Positions 35,269 through 45,304 are shown, numbered from the stretch's first letter. The stretch: DNA of 64,000 nucleotides from Bacteroidota bacterium (GCA_022561875.1 JADFQJ010000003.1:56397-120396); one strand, 5' to 3'. Numbers and translations: made by a program. Notes: a model not told the origin generated them from the letters alone.

Positions 35269-35347
35269 CTCTTCTCTTCATCTCTCAGTCGCCCCCTCGC
35301 CCACTCTCTTCGTCTCTCTTCGACCCTCTTCGACCCTTTGACCTCTC

Positions 35348-36058
35348 TTACCTGTATATATTCTTTTTAGGTATTGTAGCAATAAAATCTTTAAGGTAGA
35401 ATGGTTCGAAGTAAGCTGAGTCCTCAAAGTTTTTTTCTTTATATGCTCTGTTCGACAACGGGATCATGAAACGGGCGGATGGAAGTACACCATCTAAAAA
35501 AAAAGCGTTTCGGTGACTGAGAACGGGTTTACATTTTTCAGCCCCGGTACCAAAAAAAACCACTGGTTTTTCAGAAAGTATGTCTGAGTAGGTTTCTTTA
35601 TCAATGATATTTGCTGATACGGGGCGGGTGATTTCGTTTTTATCGTTGTAGAATGCAGAAAAAACCTCCATTCTTCGGGCATCGATCATGGGACAGTACC
35701 ATGTTTTTTCTTTAACAGACGGCATACGACAGGGATTCTTCGGGTGTGAGATTGCCCCTAAGGCAAGCGCCTGCAGTGTGCTTACTGAGATAAGGGGGAT
35801 ATCTGCACCATATGCAATTCCTTTGGCGGTTGAAACGCCTATACGGAGCCCTGTATATGATCCGGGACCTTTGCTTACTGAAACGGCATCAAGCTGAGTG
35901 GGTTTAAGATTGTTATTTTTAAGAATATCATCTATAAAAACAGCTAACATGGAGGCATGAGTTTTTTCCTGATAGCTCTCACGGATATCAATCAATTGTA
36001 ACCCTGAAGAAAGGGCAACCGAGCACACATGAGTTGCCGTCTCGATGTTTAAAATCAT
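35348..36058 (-). CDS. tsaB: tRNA t6A37 threonylcarbamoyl transfer protein TsaB
   Basis: MILNIETATHVCSVAL..., GPGSYTGLRIGVSTAKG. Confidence 0.9.
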   Translation of the reverse strand: MILNIETATHVCSVALSSGLQLIDIRESYQEKTHASMLAVFIDDILKNNNLKPTQLDAVSVSKGPGSYTGLRIGVSTAKGIAYGADIPLISVSTLQALALGAISHPKNPCRMPSVKEKTWYCPMIDARRMEVFSAFYNDKNEITRPVSANIIDKETYSDILSEKPVVFFGTGAEKCKPVLSHRNAFFLDGVLPSARFMIPLSNRAYKEKNFEDSAYFEPFYLKDFIATIPKKNIYR

Positions 36059-36089
36059 GAATTATCTGTAAATAGAACTTGTATCGGGC

Positions 36090-37355
36090 TTATTTTTCCT
36101 TAAATAATTCCTTTTTTGTAACTATTTCAATTAGAGAGCTGTCGGCAAGTTTCCTGGAGATAGCATTATATGGAGCTATTACAACCTCATCCTCAAGAGA
36201 CAACCCGGAAATTATTTCAATATAGTTGTTGTCCTGAATTCCGGTCTTAACTTCTGTTAACATTACATAATCATCGATTACTTTAAATATAACCACATCA
36301 GGTTCTTTATCAGCAACAACCAGATCGTCCTGCCCCTGCCCGATGGTATCAAGACGGGTTGTAACTGCCTGAATGGGAATTGTCAGAATATCATGTTTGG
36401 TTTCTGTCTGAATATCAACAGTTGCTGACATGCCGGGCAGGAACGGATTAGAATTTTCATCCAGCAGATCCTTGTATGATTTACGTAAGAGAAGGATCTT
36501 AACATTAAAGCTGGTAACCTGATCGGTTGCTATTCCGGTTGTTGTTGCAGAATTGGCGATCTCTGTTACAACCCCGTTGAAATCATGTTCCATATATGCA
36601 TCAACCTCAACAATAGCGGTATCATTTATTTTTACCTTCATAATATCATTTTCATTTACTTCAACAACAACCTCCATTCTACTAAGGTCAGCTATCCTCA
36701 TTAACTCAGTCCCACTCATCAATTCGGTACCTACAACCCGCTCTCCCTTTTCGATAAGAAGCGTTGAGATTGTACCGGCCATCGGTGCATAAATTGAGGT
36801 TTTATTGAGGTTCTCTTCTGCTTCCTTAAGAGAAGCCTCGGCGCTTTTCACTGTATATTTTGCTGCACTGAGATCAGCTTTAGCCATTTTGTATGAAGCT
36901 TCTGCAGATTCATAGTCTGATTCAGAGATAGTTTTTTGTTCCCAGAGTTTTTTATTCCTCTCGTATGAAAGGTTGCTTAAAACATATTGAGCTTCAACCT
37001 GGGCTAATCTGGCTTTGGCTGAGTTAAGTGAAGCTCGCACCCTGTTACGCATGGAAATATATGTGTCGGGTTTTATTTTCAGCAAGAGTTTCCCTTCTTT
37101 TACATATTCTCCTTCCTTGATATAAAGATATATGATCTCGCCTGAAACATCAGGTGTGATCCTTACTTCTGTTTCGGGTTGGATTTTACCATTGGCAGTA
37201 ATGGTTTCTATGATAGTGCGTTTTTCTCCTTTTTCTACAGCAACTTCAAATGTTTCTTCTTTGCCAAACCATCCGGCTTTCTTTCCTATAACAGCAAGAA
37301 TAACAACCAGAACGGTAATGACAATGACAATACGAAGGGTCTTATTAATTTTCAT
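36090..37355 (-). CDS. efflux periplasmic adaptor subunit (HlyD/MacA type)
   Basis: N-terminal TM, biotinyl-lipoyl halves (GEIIYLYIKEGEYVKEG / IYAPMAGTIS) and a long alpha-hairpin between them. Confidence 0.85.
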   Translation of the reverse strand: MKINKTLRIVIVITVLVVILAVIGKKAGWFGKEETFEVAVEKGEKRTIIETITANGKIQPETEVRITPDVSGEIIYLYIKEGEYVKEGKLLLKIKPDTYISMRNRVRASLNSAKARLAQVEAQYVLSNLSYERNKKLWEQKTISESDYESAEASYKMAKADLSAAKYTVKSAEASLKEAEENLNKTSIYAPMAGTISTLLIEKGERVVGTELMSGTELMRIADLSRMEVVVEVNENDIMKVKINDTAIVEVDAYMEHDFNGVVTEIANSATTTGIATDQVTSFNVKILLLRKSYKDLLDENSNPFLPGMSATVDIQTETKHDILTIPIQAVTTRLDTIGQGQDDLVVADKEPDVVIFKVIDDYVMLTEVKTGIQDNNYIEIISGLSLEDEVVIAPYNAISRKLADSSLIEIVTKKELFKEK

Positions 37356-37374
37356 TTTTATTGGGGTTTTTATG

Positions 37375-38757
37375 TTATAAATTTATTTCTTTTCCTCGGT
37401 AAAAATCAAGCACTTTTACTTTAAAAATATATTCGTATTTGGCTTGCAACAGGTCTGATTGAGTTCTGGTAAGCTGGTTCTTTGAAGTCTGATAATCAAT
37501 AGTGTTAACCAGGCCGACATTAAATTTTTGTTCTGTATATCTGAACGACTCTTTCATTGAAACCAGAGCCCGTTGAGTGGAATGAAATTTTTTCAGTGAT
37601 GCCAGGGCATCAGCATATGCTTGCTGAATATCTTTATATAACATATTTTTTTGGTACTCAAGATTATACCGTGAACGCTGTATATCAAGACGGGCATTAC
37701 TAATAGCCTGATTAACCTGCCATCCGTTGAAAATAGGGACTGACAAACTAAGTGAAAGTCCGTAATTAACGTTATCCCGCAACTGATCCATAAATGGGTA
37801 TTCTGCATAAATTGGATCAAAAGTAACCGGGTCAATCCCCAAAAACTTCTGTCTGAAATCAGAATAACGGGTGTTGTATGAACCACCTAAACTTAACCGG
37901 GGGCTCCGTGCTCCTTTTGCAATATCAAGTCCCAATTCTGAACTTTCAAGCTGGAATTCGGCGCCTTTGATCTGAGGTTGAATTTTTATTGCTTCCCGGA
38001 AAACGATCACGACAGGTTCGATCAATTCAGTTTCCCCGGGTACCTGCAATTCCGGAACAATAATATCGAAATCACCCACACTGTCCAGCTCCAGTAGCTG
38101 AGTGAGGTTTAATATGGAAATATCAAGATAGTTGCCGGCATTAACAACCTGTAATTCTTCGGAAGCTGCCTGTGCCTGTACCTCCAGAAGGCTTCCCCGT
38201 GCAAGACTCCCGGCAGCAACAAGCTTAGATGTTCTTTCAATCTGCCCCATCGTTATATCATACTGGTTGTTAGCAATTTCCAGCAATTCTTTATTCAACA
38301 ATATCTGAAGATATGCAAGGGCAATACTGAGTGATATATCATTTTTTATTTTTTCAACATCCTGGATGCTGGCCTGCAGGTCATATCTGTTTTTCTCAAT
38401 GGTTTTCCGGTTTTGAAGCCCGTTAAACAAAGTTACTGAACTGTTAACCGAAAAATAATCGGACATTACTGTTACATTATCGGTAAAACTGTAGGTTGAT
38501 TCATCCAGCGCCCTTCCGAACGAATAAGCATGTCCTGCACCGCCATTTAGTGAAGGAGCAAGATTATATTTTGATTGCTTTAATGCATTCATCTGAACGT
38601 CAGCAGCAATCTCCTGTTGTTTAACCTGAAGATTATGCTCGATGGCGTAAAGAACACATTCCTCAAGAGTCCATTTGTTTTCCTGCCCAAGAGAATTATA
38701 TGCAACCATCAGAATACCGGCCAGTGTCAATACAATAATAGAAATAAGTTTTTTCAT
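37375..38757 (-). CDS. TolC family outer membrane efflux protein
   Basis: Signal peptide, two OEP repeats (LEECVLYAIEHNLQVK...). 460 aa. Confidence 0.85.
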   Translation of the reverse strand: MKKLISIIVLTLAGILMVAYNSLGQENKWTLEECVLYAIEHNLQVKQQEIAADVQMNALKQSKYNLAPSLNGGAGHAYSFGRALDESTYSFTDNVTVMSDYFSVNSSVTLFNGLQNRKTIEKNRYDLQASIQDVEKIKNDISLSIALAYLQILLNKELLEIANNQYDITMGQIERTSKLVAAGSLARGSLLEVQAQAASEELQVVNAGNYLDISILNLTQLLELDSVGDFDIIVPELQVPGETELIEPVVIVFREAIKIQPQIKGAEFQLESSELGLDIAKGARSPRLSLGGSYNTRYSDFRQKFLGIDPVTFDPIYAEYPFMDQLRDNVNYGLSLSLSVPIFNGWQVNQAISNARLDIQRSRYNLEYQKNMLYKDIQQAYADALASLKKFHSTQRALVSMKESFRYTEQKFNVGLVNTIDYQTSKNQLTRTQSDLLQAKYEYIFKVKVLDFYRGKEINL

Positions 38758-38852
38758 AAATCCGGTTTTTAAATAACTTTACAATAATAATATAAGACGA
38801 ACAAAAGTAGTAATTAATTACAGTTTAAATTTGTATTGTTTAACACATTAAT

Positions 38853-39575
38853 ATGAGAGAGAAGACGGTTTATGTTGATAGAATTGGCAATGTATTATTC
38901 ATTAAAAAGCCCCAAGTTAAGAATATAAACATCAGGTTGTATGCCGATGGCAGGGTAAAAGTATCTTTGCCGGTTTATTCATCCTATTCACAGGCCATAA
39001 AAGTTGTTAGAAAAAAGATTCCATGGATACTGAAACAAAAAAAAACACTCAGAGAACAGAATCAAGAACAACAGATTGTTATAAGTAGTGAAACCAGCCT
39101 TCCTTTCTTAAAACATAAGCTAAAATTCGTTCCGGTTAAAAACACCCGGATGAAAATGGAGATATATAATGGGACACTTAAAATTTTATACCCGCAGGGG
39201 ATAGATATTATGGATAAACAAATTCAGGAGTTTATCCGTAAAGGAGTAACGGAAGTAATGAGAATAGAAGCCAAAGATTTTCTTCCGCGAAGAGTAGAGA
39301 CACTTGCCCGTAAATATGGATTTAATTACAGGAGGGTGTTTATTAAAAATGCAAAAAGCTTGTGGGGAAGTTGTTCATCAAAGAAAAATATTAACCTGAA
39401 CCTCAATTTAATCCGCCTTCCGGAAAGGTTACAGGATTATATTATTCTTCATGAGCTGGCACATACTGTGCATCGAAACCATGGACCGCAATTCTGGGGT
39501 CTTCTTGATAGCTACTTTGGGAATGCACGTTCATTGACTAAGGAGTTGAAGAGTTACAAGATTAATGAATTATGA
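38853..39575 (+). CDS. YgjP-like (DUF45 / M48-related) metal-dependent hydrolase
   Basis: C-terminal WGSCSSKKNINLN...ILHELAHTVHRNHGPQFW motif. Confidence 0.8.
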   Translation: MREKTVYVDRIGNVLFIKKPQVKNINIRLYADGRVKVSLPVYSSYSQAIKVVRKKIPWILKQKKTLREQNQEQQIVISSETSLPFLKHKLKFVPVKNTRMKMEIYNGTLKILYPQGIDIMDKQIQEFIRKGVTEVMRIEAKDFLPRRVETLARKYGFNYRRVFIKNAKSLWGSCSSKKNINLNLNLIRLPERLQDYIILHELAHTVHRNHGPQFWGLLDSYFGNARSLTKELKSYKINEL

Positions 39576-39582
39576 AGGGAAG

Positions 39583-39655
39583 AGTGAGTCGTGAGTCGTG
39601 AAGAAGAAAGAAGCAGGGAGTCCACCAAAGAAATAATTTAGACATTTAGCACCTT
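39583..39655. repeat. repeat patch (GTGAGTC heptads, purine-rich words, TTTAGaCA/TTTAGCAC words)
   Basis: GTGAGTC GTGAGTC GTGAAGA AGAAAGA AGCAGGG ... TTTAGACATTTAGCACC. Confidence 0.7.
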
Positions 39656-39715
39656 TTATGTTATCTTTAAAAACTCAGTAAATTATATAATTCATTAATT
39701 AGAAAAGAGCTTAAA

Positions 39716-40792
39716 ATGAGTAATAAAAATTCAAAATTCAGATCCGGAGTTCTGTTTGGTGATGAGGTGAAAGAGCTGTTTGATTATGCTAACAGTAATA
39801 ATTTTGCTATTCCTGCTGTTAATGTTATCGGGACGGATTCAGTTAACGCCGTGTTGGAAACAGCCCGTGAGGTGAATTCGCCGGTAATTATTCAATTTTC
39901 AAATGGAGGAGCAATATTTTTTGCCGGGAAAGGGCTTTCTAATGTAAATGAAAAAGCAGCTGTTGCAGGGGCGGTATCAGGAGCACAACATATTCATGTT
40001 ATGGCGGAACAGTATGGAGTACCGGTAATACTGCATACCGACCATGCTGCAAAAAAGCTGCTTCCGTGGATTGACGGGTTACTTGACGCAGGAGAACAAT
40101 TCTACGAAAAGACCGGACAACCGCTATACAGCTCCCATATGTTAGATCTCTCTGAAGAGACCCTGGAAGATAATATCTCCATTTCAAAAAAATACCTCGG
40201 GAGAATGAGCAAGCTTGGGATGACACTGGAGATAGAACTGGGTGTTACCGGAGGGGAGGAAGATGGCGTGGATCAATCAGAGATCGACAGTTCAAAGCTT
40301 TATACACAGCCCGAAGAAGTTGCATATGCATGGAAAGAGCTCAGGAAAGTAAGTGATAACTTTACAATAGCTGCTGCATTTGGTAATGTCCATGGAGTTT
40401 ATAAACCGGGGAATGTTGAACTGACACCTGTGATCCTGAAAAATTCCCAGGAATACATTATGAAAAAGTTCAATACAGGTGAAAAGCCTGTGAATTTCGT
40501 GTTCCACGGAGGATCGGGCTCTGAAAAACACCTTATCAAAGAAGCTATTACTTATGGAGTGATAAAAATGAATATTGATACTGATATGCAATGGGCATTC
40601 TGGGATGGTGTTCATAAATATTATAAAGAAAAGAAAGACTACCTGCAGAGCCAGATCGGAAACCCCGAAGGTGAAGATAAGCCTAATAAAAAAATGTATG
40701 ACCCAAGAGCCTGGCTGAGGAAAGGAGAGGAGAGTTTTATAAAAAGACTAATGGAAGCTTTTGACGACCTGAATGCGAAGAACAGGAACTAA
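39716..40792 (+). CDS. fbaA: class II fructose-bisphosphate aldolase
   Basis: 358 aa with FAIPAVNV, ILHTDHA and VFHGGSG motifs. Confidence 0.92.
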   Translation: MSNKNSKFRSGVLFGDEVKELFDYANSNNFAIPAVNVIGTDSVNAVLETAREVNSPVIIQFSNGGAIFFAGKGLSNVNEKAAVAGAVSGAQHIHVMAEQYGVPVILHTDHAAKKLLPWIDGLLDAGEQFYEKTGQPLYSSHMLDLSEETLEDNISISKKYLGRMSKLGMTLEIELGVTGGEEDGVDQSEIDSSKLYTQPEEVAYAWKELRKVSDNFTIAAAFGNVHGVYKPGNVELTPVILKNSQEYIMKKFNTGEKPVNFVFHGGSGSEKHLIKEAITYGVIKMNIDTDMQWAFWDGVHKYYKEKKDYLQSQIGNPEGEDKPNKKMYDPRAWLRKGEESFIKRLMEAFDDLNAKNRN

Positions 40793-41194
40793 TATATTGG
40801 AACTAACCGGTCTATCAGTTTGTTTTAACGGCCAACCTTTTTTCTTTTAGAATAGGATAATGGAAGAGGAATATTTGCCATTTAATATTGAATAAAAATC
40901 TTAACCAGTTTGAAAAGAAAAAAGTTAATATGGAGGGTACAGAAAAGGTATTCAAACAAGTTTCCTTATCTGCCGAGGAGGGTGCTCCGGTATACGCGTT
41001 ACGTGTTTTTACAGTTGAACCGGAAGGTTTTACACCTAAGGAAAATTTCTCAGTAGAGAACTCACGTGAGTTCATCAACATCCTGATTTGTATTTTGGGC
41101 AAAAAATAATCTCTCCCATTTCAACAGGCACTGCAACACCGCAAAATACAGTCTTTCAGGCAGATTTGCTTCTTTAACCGGTTACTTTCCATCA

Positions 41195-41232
41195 ATAAAA
41201 AAAGCCTCACTTTAATAAAAAGCAAGGCTTTA
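41195..41232 (-). terminator. candidate terminator downstream of tRNA-Gln
   Basis: On the minus strand, AAAGCCT...AGGCTTT (7-bp stem, 17-nt loop) is followed by a T7 run. The large loop lowers confidence. Confidence 0.35.
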
Positions 41233-41242
41233 ATTTATCGTT

Positions 41243-41318
41243 TGGTTGTCCCACTAGGGCTCGAACCTAGACTCTTCTGAACCAAAATCAGATGTGTTGC
41301 CAGTTACACCATGGGACA
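41243..41318 (-). tRNA. tRNA-Gln (anticodon TTG), CCA encoded
   Basis: Manual cloverleaf: acceptor TGTCCCA/TGGGACA (U1-A72), anticodon arm TCTGA-TTTTGGT-TCAGA, T arm CTAGG-TTCGAGC-CCTAG, discriminator A, then CCA. Confidence 0.9.
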
Positions 41319-41372
41319 GGCTTATTTTATAAAACTGTGCAAAATTACAAAAAAAAATATAACTCCGTAACT

Positions 41373-41410
41373 AAAGTGAAGAAATGAAGAAATGAGTAAA
41401 TGAGTAAATA
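41373..41410. repeat. 8-nt periodic array (AAATGAGT class)
   Basis: AAAGTGAA GAAATGAA GAAATGAG TAAATGAG TAAATAG. Confidence 0.8.
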
Positions 41411-41573
41411 GGTTATGAGGCGAAGAAGTGTTGCAGTGTTGAAAGGTTTATTTGTTGATGAGTTTATTGTAAGAACGGATATAATTTATTACATATTTTA
41501 ATTCGAAAACCTTTTTTAACTTTATTGTGATAAACCGCTATCATGGACGATGTTAATTTTGTTTTGCAGGTAA

Positions 41574-43169
41574 TTATTCACTCAGTGGATTATGACTGAA
41601 TCCGAACAGGGTCAGTCCTTCGTTTTTCATTATCCATTTCTTGCCAACCATATCATAATCATAAGTATCTAAAGTGTTATCAACATCATACATTATTTCT
41701 GTCATGCTCTTGTCGAAATAAACTACTTTTCCAACCGGTAAATTCAGCATGAGTTTAACATGCGGAATTCTCCATTGTTCTCCTTCCGGAAGCCGGAAAT
41801 AAGGGTCAAGGATAAGTAAAGAGTCTTTTTGCACCCAGTTGTAAATCAGACTCCTGGCATTTTCAGCAGCCGATTTGTAGGTAGATCCGTTGGATCTTTT
41901 CCGAACCTCAAGTTCAATTATTTCTGATTCTCCTTTCCTGATGTCAAATTCGGGTTTTCCGAATATTTCATTGGTGGTTTTATCCAGATAAATTCCAACA
42001 TTCTCAATTTCAATAAAAAATCTGTCGGATTCAACAAGTTTTATTGAATGCTCATTGATTTTCAGGTAAAGAGTGTCTGAAGGCAAACCGGTTATCCGGA
42101 ATGTGTTTTTAACCTTTGCATCTTCAGCAAAGTTAATTCCCTCAATCGCAGATATTGCAAACAGACTGATAACGCTCAGCAACCAGATAACAAATGCCGT
42201 AAGTCCTATCACCCTGTCATTGGCTTTGAACCTGAAGACAAGTTTAATTCCTCCGTAAATTAAAGCAAGAAGTGGAATCCCAATGGCAAGAATAAGGGTG
42301 ATTATTATGAATGTTACATTATTACCATGAGTGAATATTTTGAGCATATCGGGGAAATAGAAGTATTCCATATCCATAAAGTCGGGCAAAAAGAATGTAT
42401 GCTTGAGTAAAAAGAGACTTATTAAGCCAAGAAGTGTAAAAAACCCGGTGATAATGAAACTAATACCAATGATCATAAGTATTATTTTCAGAAAAATAAC
42501 AAGTACATTCCCTATTCCGTGGAAAACATCATAAAAAGCATCTTTAGACCGACGATACCCTTTGGAATCTTTTATCTTTCTGAAATTTTCCCTGACATTT
42601 TGGTATTCTTTTTTTACCGATCGTTCAATATTCTGAATGGTAATATTTTCACCTCTCATTTCCAGTTTCTGGGCAGTTGTTTCGGCTTTAGGTATAATGA
42701 TCCAAAGGATAAGATACAAAAGCACACCGCTGCCATAACCCAATAACAGGATAATGAACAGCGCCCTGAACCATATGGGATCAACACCAAAGTATGTTCC
42801 GAGACCGCTGCAAACTCCTCCAAGGATTGAGTTGTCCGGATCCCTGTAAAGTCTTTTACCGGCTTTAAATTTTACGGTAACCGGTTCTTCTTCCTGTTCT
42901 CCTTCGTAATAATCTTCAGGTTCACCCATAATCTCTTTCATTTTATCAATATCCTGTATATCGATTACCTGTTTTTCATCCTTTATTTCAGACTGTAGTA
43001 TTTCTGCAATTCTTGATTCAATATCTGATATAATTTCGTCTCCCTCTTCAAGATGACCAAATTTTACGGTAAGGGCATTTAAATATTCTTTCAGTTTTTC
43101 ATATGCATCTTCATCAATATGAAAAATGATTCCTCCGAGGTTTATTTTTATTGTCTTTTTCATTGTCAA
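41574..43169 (-). CDS. PspC domain-containing membrane protein (long form)
   Basis: 531 aa. N-terminal module INLGGIIFHIDEDAYEKLKEYL, PspC domain (RLYRDPDNSILGGVCSGLGTYFGVDPIWFRALFIILL), extra TM block and a C-terminal soluble domain. Confidence 0.8.
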   Translation of the reverse strand: MTMKKTIKINLGGIIFHIDEDAYEKLKEYLNALTVKFGHLEEGDEIISDIESRIAEILQSEIKDEKQVIDIQDIDKMKEIMGEPEDYYEGEQEEEPVTVKFKAGKRLYRDPDNSILGGVCSGLGTYFGVDPIWFRALFIILLLGYGSGVLLYLILWIIIPKAETTAQKLEMRGENITIQNIERSVKKEYQNVRENFRKIKDSKGYRRSKDAFYDVFHGIGNVLVIFLKIILMIIGISFIITGFFTLLGLISLFLLKHTFFLPDFMDMEYFYFPDMLKIFTHGNNVTFIIITLILAIGIPLLALIYGGIKLVFRFKANDRVIGLTAFVIWLLSVISLFAISAIEGINFAEDAKVKNTFRITGLPSDTLYLKINEHSIKLVESDRFFIEIENVGIYLDKTTNEIFGKPEFDIRKGESEIIELEVRKRSNGSTYKSAAENARSLIYNWVQKDSLLILDPYFRLPEGEQWRIPHVKLMLNLPVGKVVYFDKSMTEIMYDVDNTLDTYDYDMVGKKWIMKNEGLTLFGFSHNPLSE

Positions 43170-43183
43170 CGGTTTTTCAGGAT

Positions 43184-43513
43184 TTACTTTTTGTTTTGGA
43201 TGAGATTAACTGCTTTCACAAGATCATTCCATGAGTTATCAAGTTCCTTAAGGAAACTTTTTCCTTTATCAGTGAGCTCATAATACTTTCTGGGTGGGCC
43301 TTGTGTGGATTCTTCCCACCGGTAGCTTAACAAACCGGCATTTTTTTGTCGTGTAAGTAACGGATAGAGAGTTCCTTCAACAACAATCACTTTTGCTTCC
43401 TTCAGCACCTGAATAATGTCTGAAGTGTAACGGGAATTCTTTGAAAGTATGGCAAGTATGCAATACTCCAGAACACCTTTCTTCATTTGCGCTTTTGTAT
43501 TATCAAGATTCAT
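43184..43513 (-). CDS. PadR family transcriptional regulator
   Basis: 109 aa winged HTH (GVLEYCILAILSK...EGTLYPLLTRQKNAGLL...RKYYELTDKG). Confidence 0.9.
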   Translation of the reverse strand: MNLDNTKAQMKKGVLEYCILAILSKNSRYTSDIIQVLKEAKVIVVEGTLYPLLTRQKNAGLLSYRWEESTQGPPRKYYELTDKGKSFLKELDNSWNDLVKAVNLIQNKK

Positions 43514-43553
43514 TTTTCGTCTGTTTTTCAGTTAATAAATATTATTCCAGTTC

Positions 43554-44153
43554 TTATAGATTCATGTTTTTTTTCACATTGTTAAATTCTTCTTTGAAAG
43601 CTTTTCCAATATTGGACACATTTACTTTTTCGCCCATCATTTCAAGTTTCTGAGCTTTTGTTTTTGCCTCAGGTAAAACGATCCATAGGATTATATAAAT
43701 TATTAACCCCGTGCCGAATCCCAGGAAAGCTATGACAAACAGGATACGTAGAATTATAGGATCTATTCGCCAGTAAGCTGACATTCCCGAACATACACCA
43801 CCAAGGATCCGGTTATCCGGATCGCGATACATTCTGCGATAGCCTGATGGTCCGAAACGTTCCCTGTGCTCATGCGTTGATTCTTTACCGGTTTCACCGA
43901 TCTGCTCAGGCTTTCCCATTATCTCTATTATCTCGTGAACATCTTTCGATGTAATAACCTGTTTGTAATTGGTGATCCTCTCATTAAATAACTCAGCAAT
44001 TCTTACCTCAATATCATTCATTATTTCTTTGCTTTCTTCTCTGTCGGAAAAACAACTTTCTATTTTTTCGAGGTAAGCTTGTAATTCCCTGTAGGCGTCA
44101 TCATCAATATTGAAAACGATACCTCCCAGGTTAATACTTATAGCTCTTTTCAT
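43554..44153 (-). CDS. PspC domain-containing membrane protein (short form)
   Basis: 199 aa. Same N-terminal module (INLGGIVFNIDDDAYRELQAYL) and PspC domain (RMYRDPDNRILGGVCSGMSAYWRIDPIILRILFVIAF). Confidence 0.8.
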   Translation of the reverse strand: MKRAISINLGGIVFNIDDDAYRELQAYLEKIESCFSDREESKEIMNDIEVRIAELFNERITNYKQVITSKDVHEIIEIMGKPEQIGETGKESTHEHRERFGPSGYRRMYRDPDNRILGGVCSGMSAYWRIDPIILRILFVIAFLGFGTGLIIYIILWIVLPEAKTKAQKLEMMGEKVNVSNIGKAFKEEFNNVKKNMNL

Positions 44154-44404
44154 AATCTATTTTTTAATTAATAGTTTAACGATAAATTTTTAATGATTAT
44201 TTTTATTTAGTGAAAAACATATTTCCGTATTTCTGATTAAAAGGTACCTGACATTACATTGTATTAAACATTGCAAAGATATATAAAAAAAACAATACCA
44301 TGCAATACCTGGTACTAAATATTTTTCATTAGTTTTTGCAATTTGCAGTAACACAATGATATATATGACGAAAAAAAATGAAAATATTTTATATATTTGG
44401 GATA

Positions 44405-44512
44405 TTATTGAGAAAAAGTTTAAAGTGAGCTAAAGTTAAGAGTGCCTAAAGTTGAGAAGAAGGTTTAACTTTAGGCATTTTAGGCACTTTTAACTTTAGG
44501 CACTTTTTTATC
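44405..44512. repeat. TTTAGGCAC word patch containing a perfect 11-bp hairpin
   Basis: TGCCTAAAGTT at 44443-44453 pairs with AACTTTAGGCA at 44467-44477. TTTAGGCA words continue to about 44507. Confidence 0.85.
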
Positions 44513-44560
44513 TAACCATATATTAAGCCACAAACACTGAGTAGTTAATGATTAAGATTC

Positions 44561-45199
44561 ATGGAGGTAAATAGTAAAGAATACGACAAGAAACGATTTA
44601 TTCACAGCCTGGTATTTCCGGCTTTTTTTGTTTTTGTTGTGGTTATGGCGAAAGTTATTGAATCGGGGTTTGACCTTGATCTTACTCACTTGGGAATATA
44701 TCCCTTAAAAGCCAAAGGACTGAAAGGTATTTTATTATCACCAATGGTGCATGCCGATTACCGGCATCTGGCAGACAATTGTATTCCATTGTTTTTACTG
44801 GGAGTTGCACTGTTTTATTTTTATCAAACATTAGGCTATAAAATATTTTTCCTGAACTACCTTATGGTTGGTATATGGGTATGGGCCGGAGGTCGGGGTG
44901 CGTATCATATAGGTGCCAGCGGACTTGTATACGGACTGGCATCTTTTCTGTTTTTCAGCGGGGTAATAAGAAACGATATGCGCTTGCTCGCTATTTCACT
45001 ATTAGTGGTATTTTTGTATGGTAGCATGATATGGGGTATTTTTCCTATATTTCCGCAAGTATCGTGGGAATCGCATATGCTTGGTAGTATTTCAGGGTTT
45101 GTGCTGGCAATATATTATCGTAAGCAAGGTCCTCAGCTGAAAGTATATGAATGGGAATTGGAAGAGGAGGATGAGATGATTGAAGATAATGAGGAATAA
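44561..45199 (+). CDS. rhomboid family intramembrane serine protease
   Basis: Six TM helices with GASGLVYG (catalytic Ser) and a downstream His in SWESHMLGSISG. Confidence 0.8.
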   Translation: MEVNSKEYDKKRFIHSLVFPAFFVFVVVMAKVIESGFDLDLTHLGIYPLKAKGLKGILLSPMVHADYRHLADNCIPLFLLGVALFYFYQTLGYKIFFLNYLMVGIWVWAGGRGAYHIGASGLVYGLASFLFFSGVIRNDMRLLAISLLVVFLYGSMIWGIFPIFPQVSWESHMLGSISGFVLAIYYRKQGPQLKVYEWELEEEDEMIEDNEE

Positions 45200-45202
45200 A
45201 AA

Positions 45203-45229
45203 AAGCCGGTAACGAAACCGGCTTCTTTT
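45203..45229. terminator. bidirectional rho-independent terminator (rhomboid gene / tRNA-Asn)
   Basis: AAGCCGGT-AACGAA-ACCGGCTT, a perfect 8-bp stem, flanked by an A-run upstream and CTTTT downstream. This gives T-tracts on both strands. Confidence 0.7.
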
Positions 45230-45230
45230 G

Positions 45231-45304
45231 CTCCCCAGGTTGGACTCGAACCAACGACCCTCTGATTAACAGTCAGATGCTCTAACCAACTGAGCTACTG
45301 AGGA
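45231..45304 (-). tRNA. tRNA-Asn (anticodon GTT)
   Basis: TCCTCAGTAGCTCAGTTGGTTAGAGC..., anticodon arm TCTGA-CTGTTAA-TCAGA, T arm GTTGG-TTCGAGT-CCAAC. 74 nt. Confidence 0.9.

Noticed and set aside
40888-41109. 73-aa ORF with faint cupin-like wording (APVYALRVFTVEPEGFTPKENF...).
   Set aside because: The metal-binding His residues expected in a cupin are absent, the ORF is short, and its C-terminus is hydrophobic junk. It may be a gene remnant, but the evidence is too weak to call.
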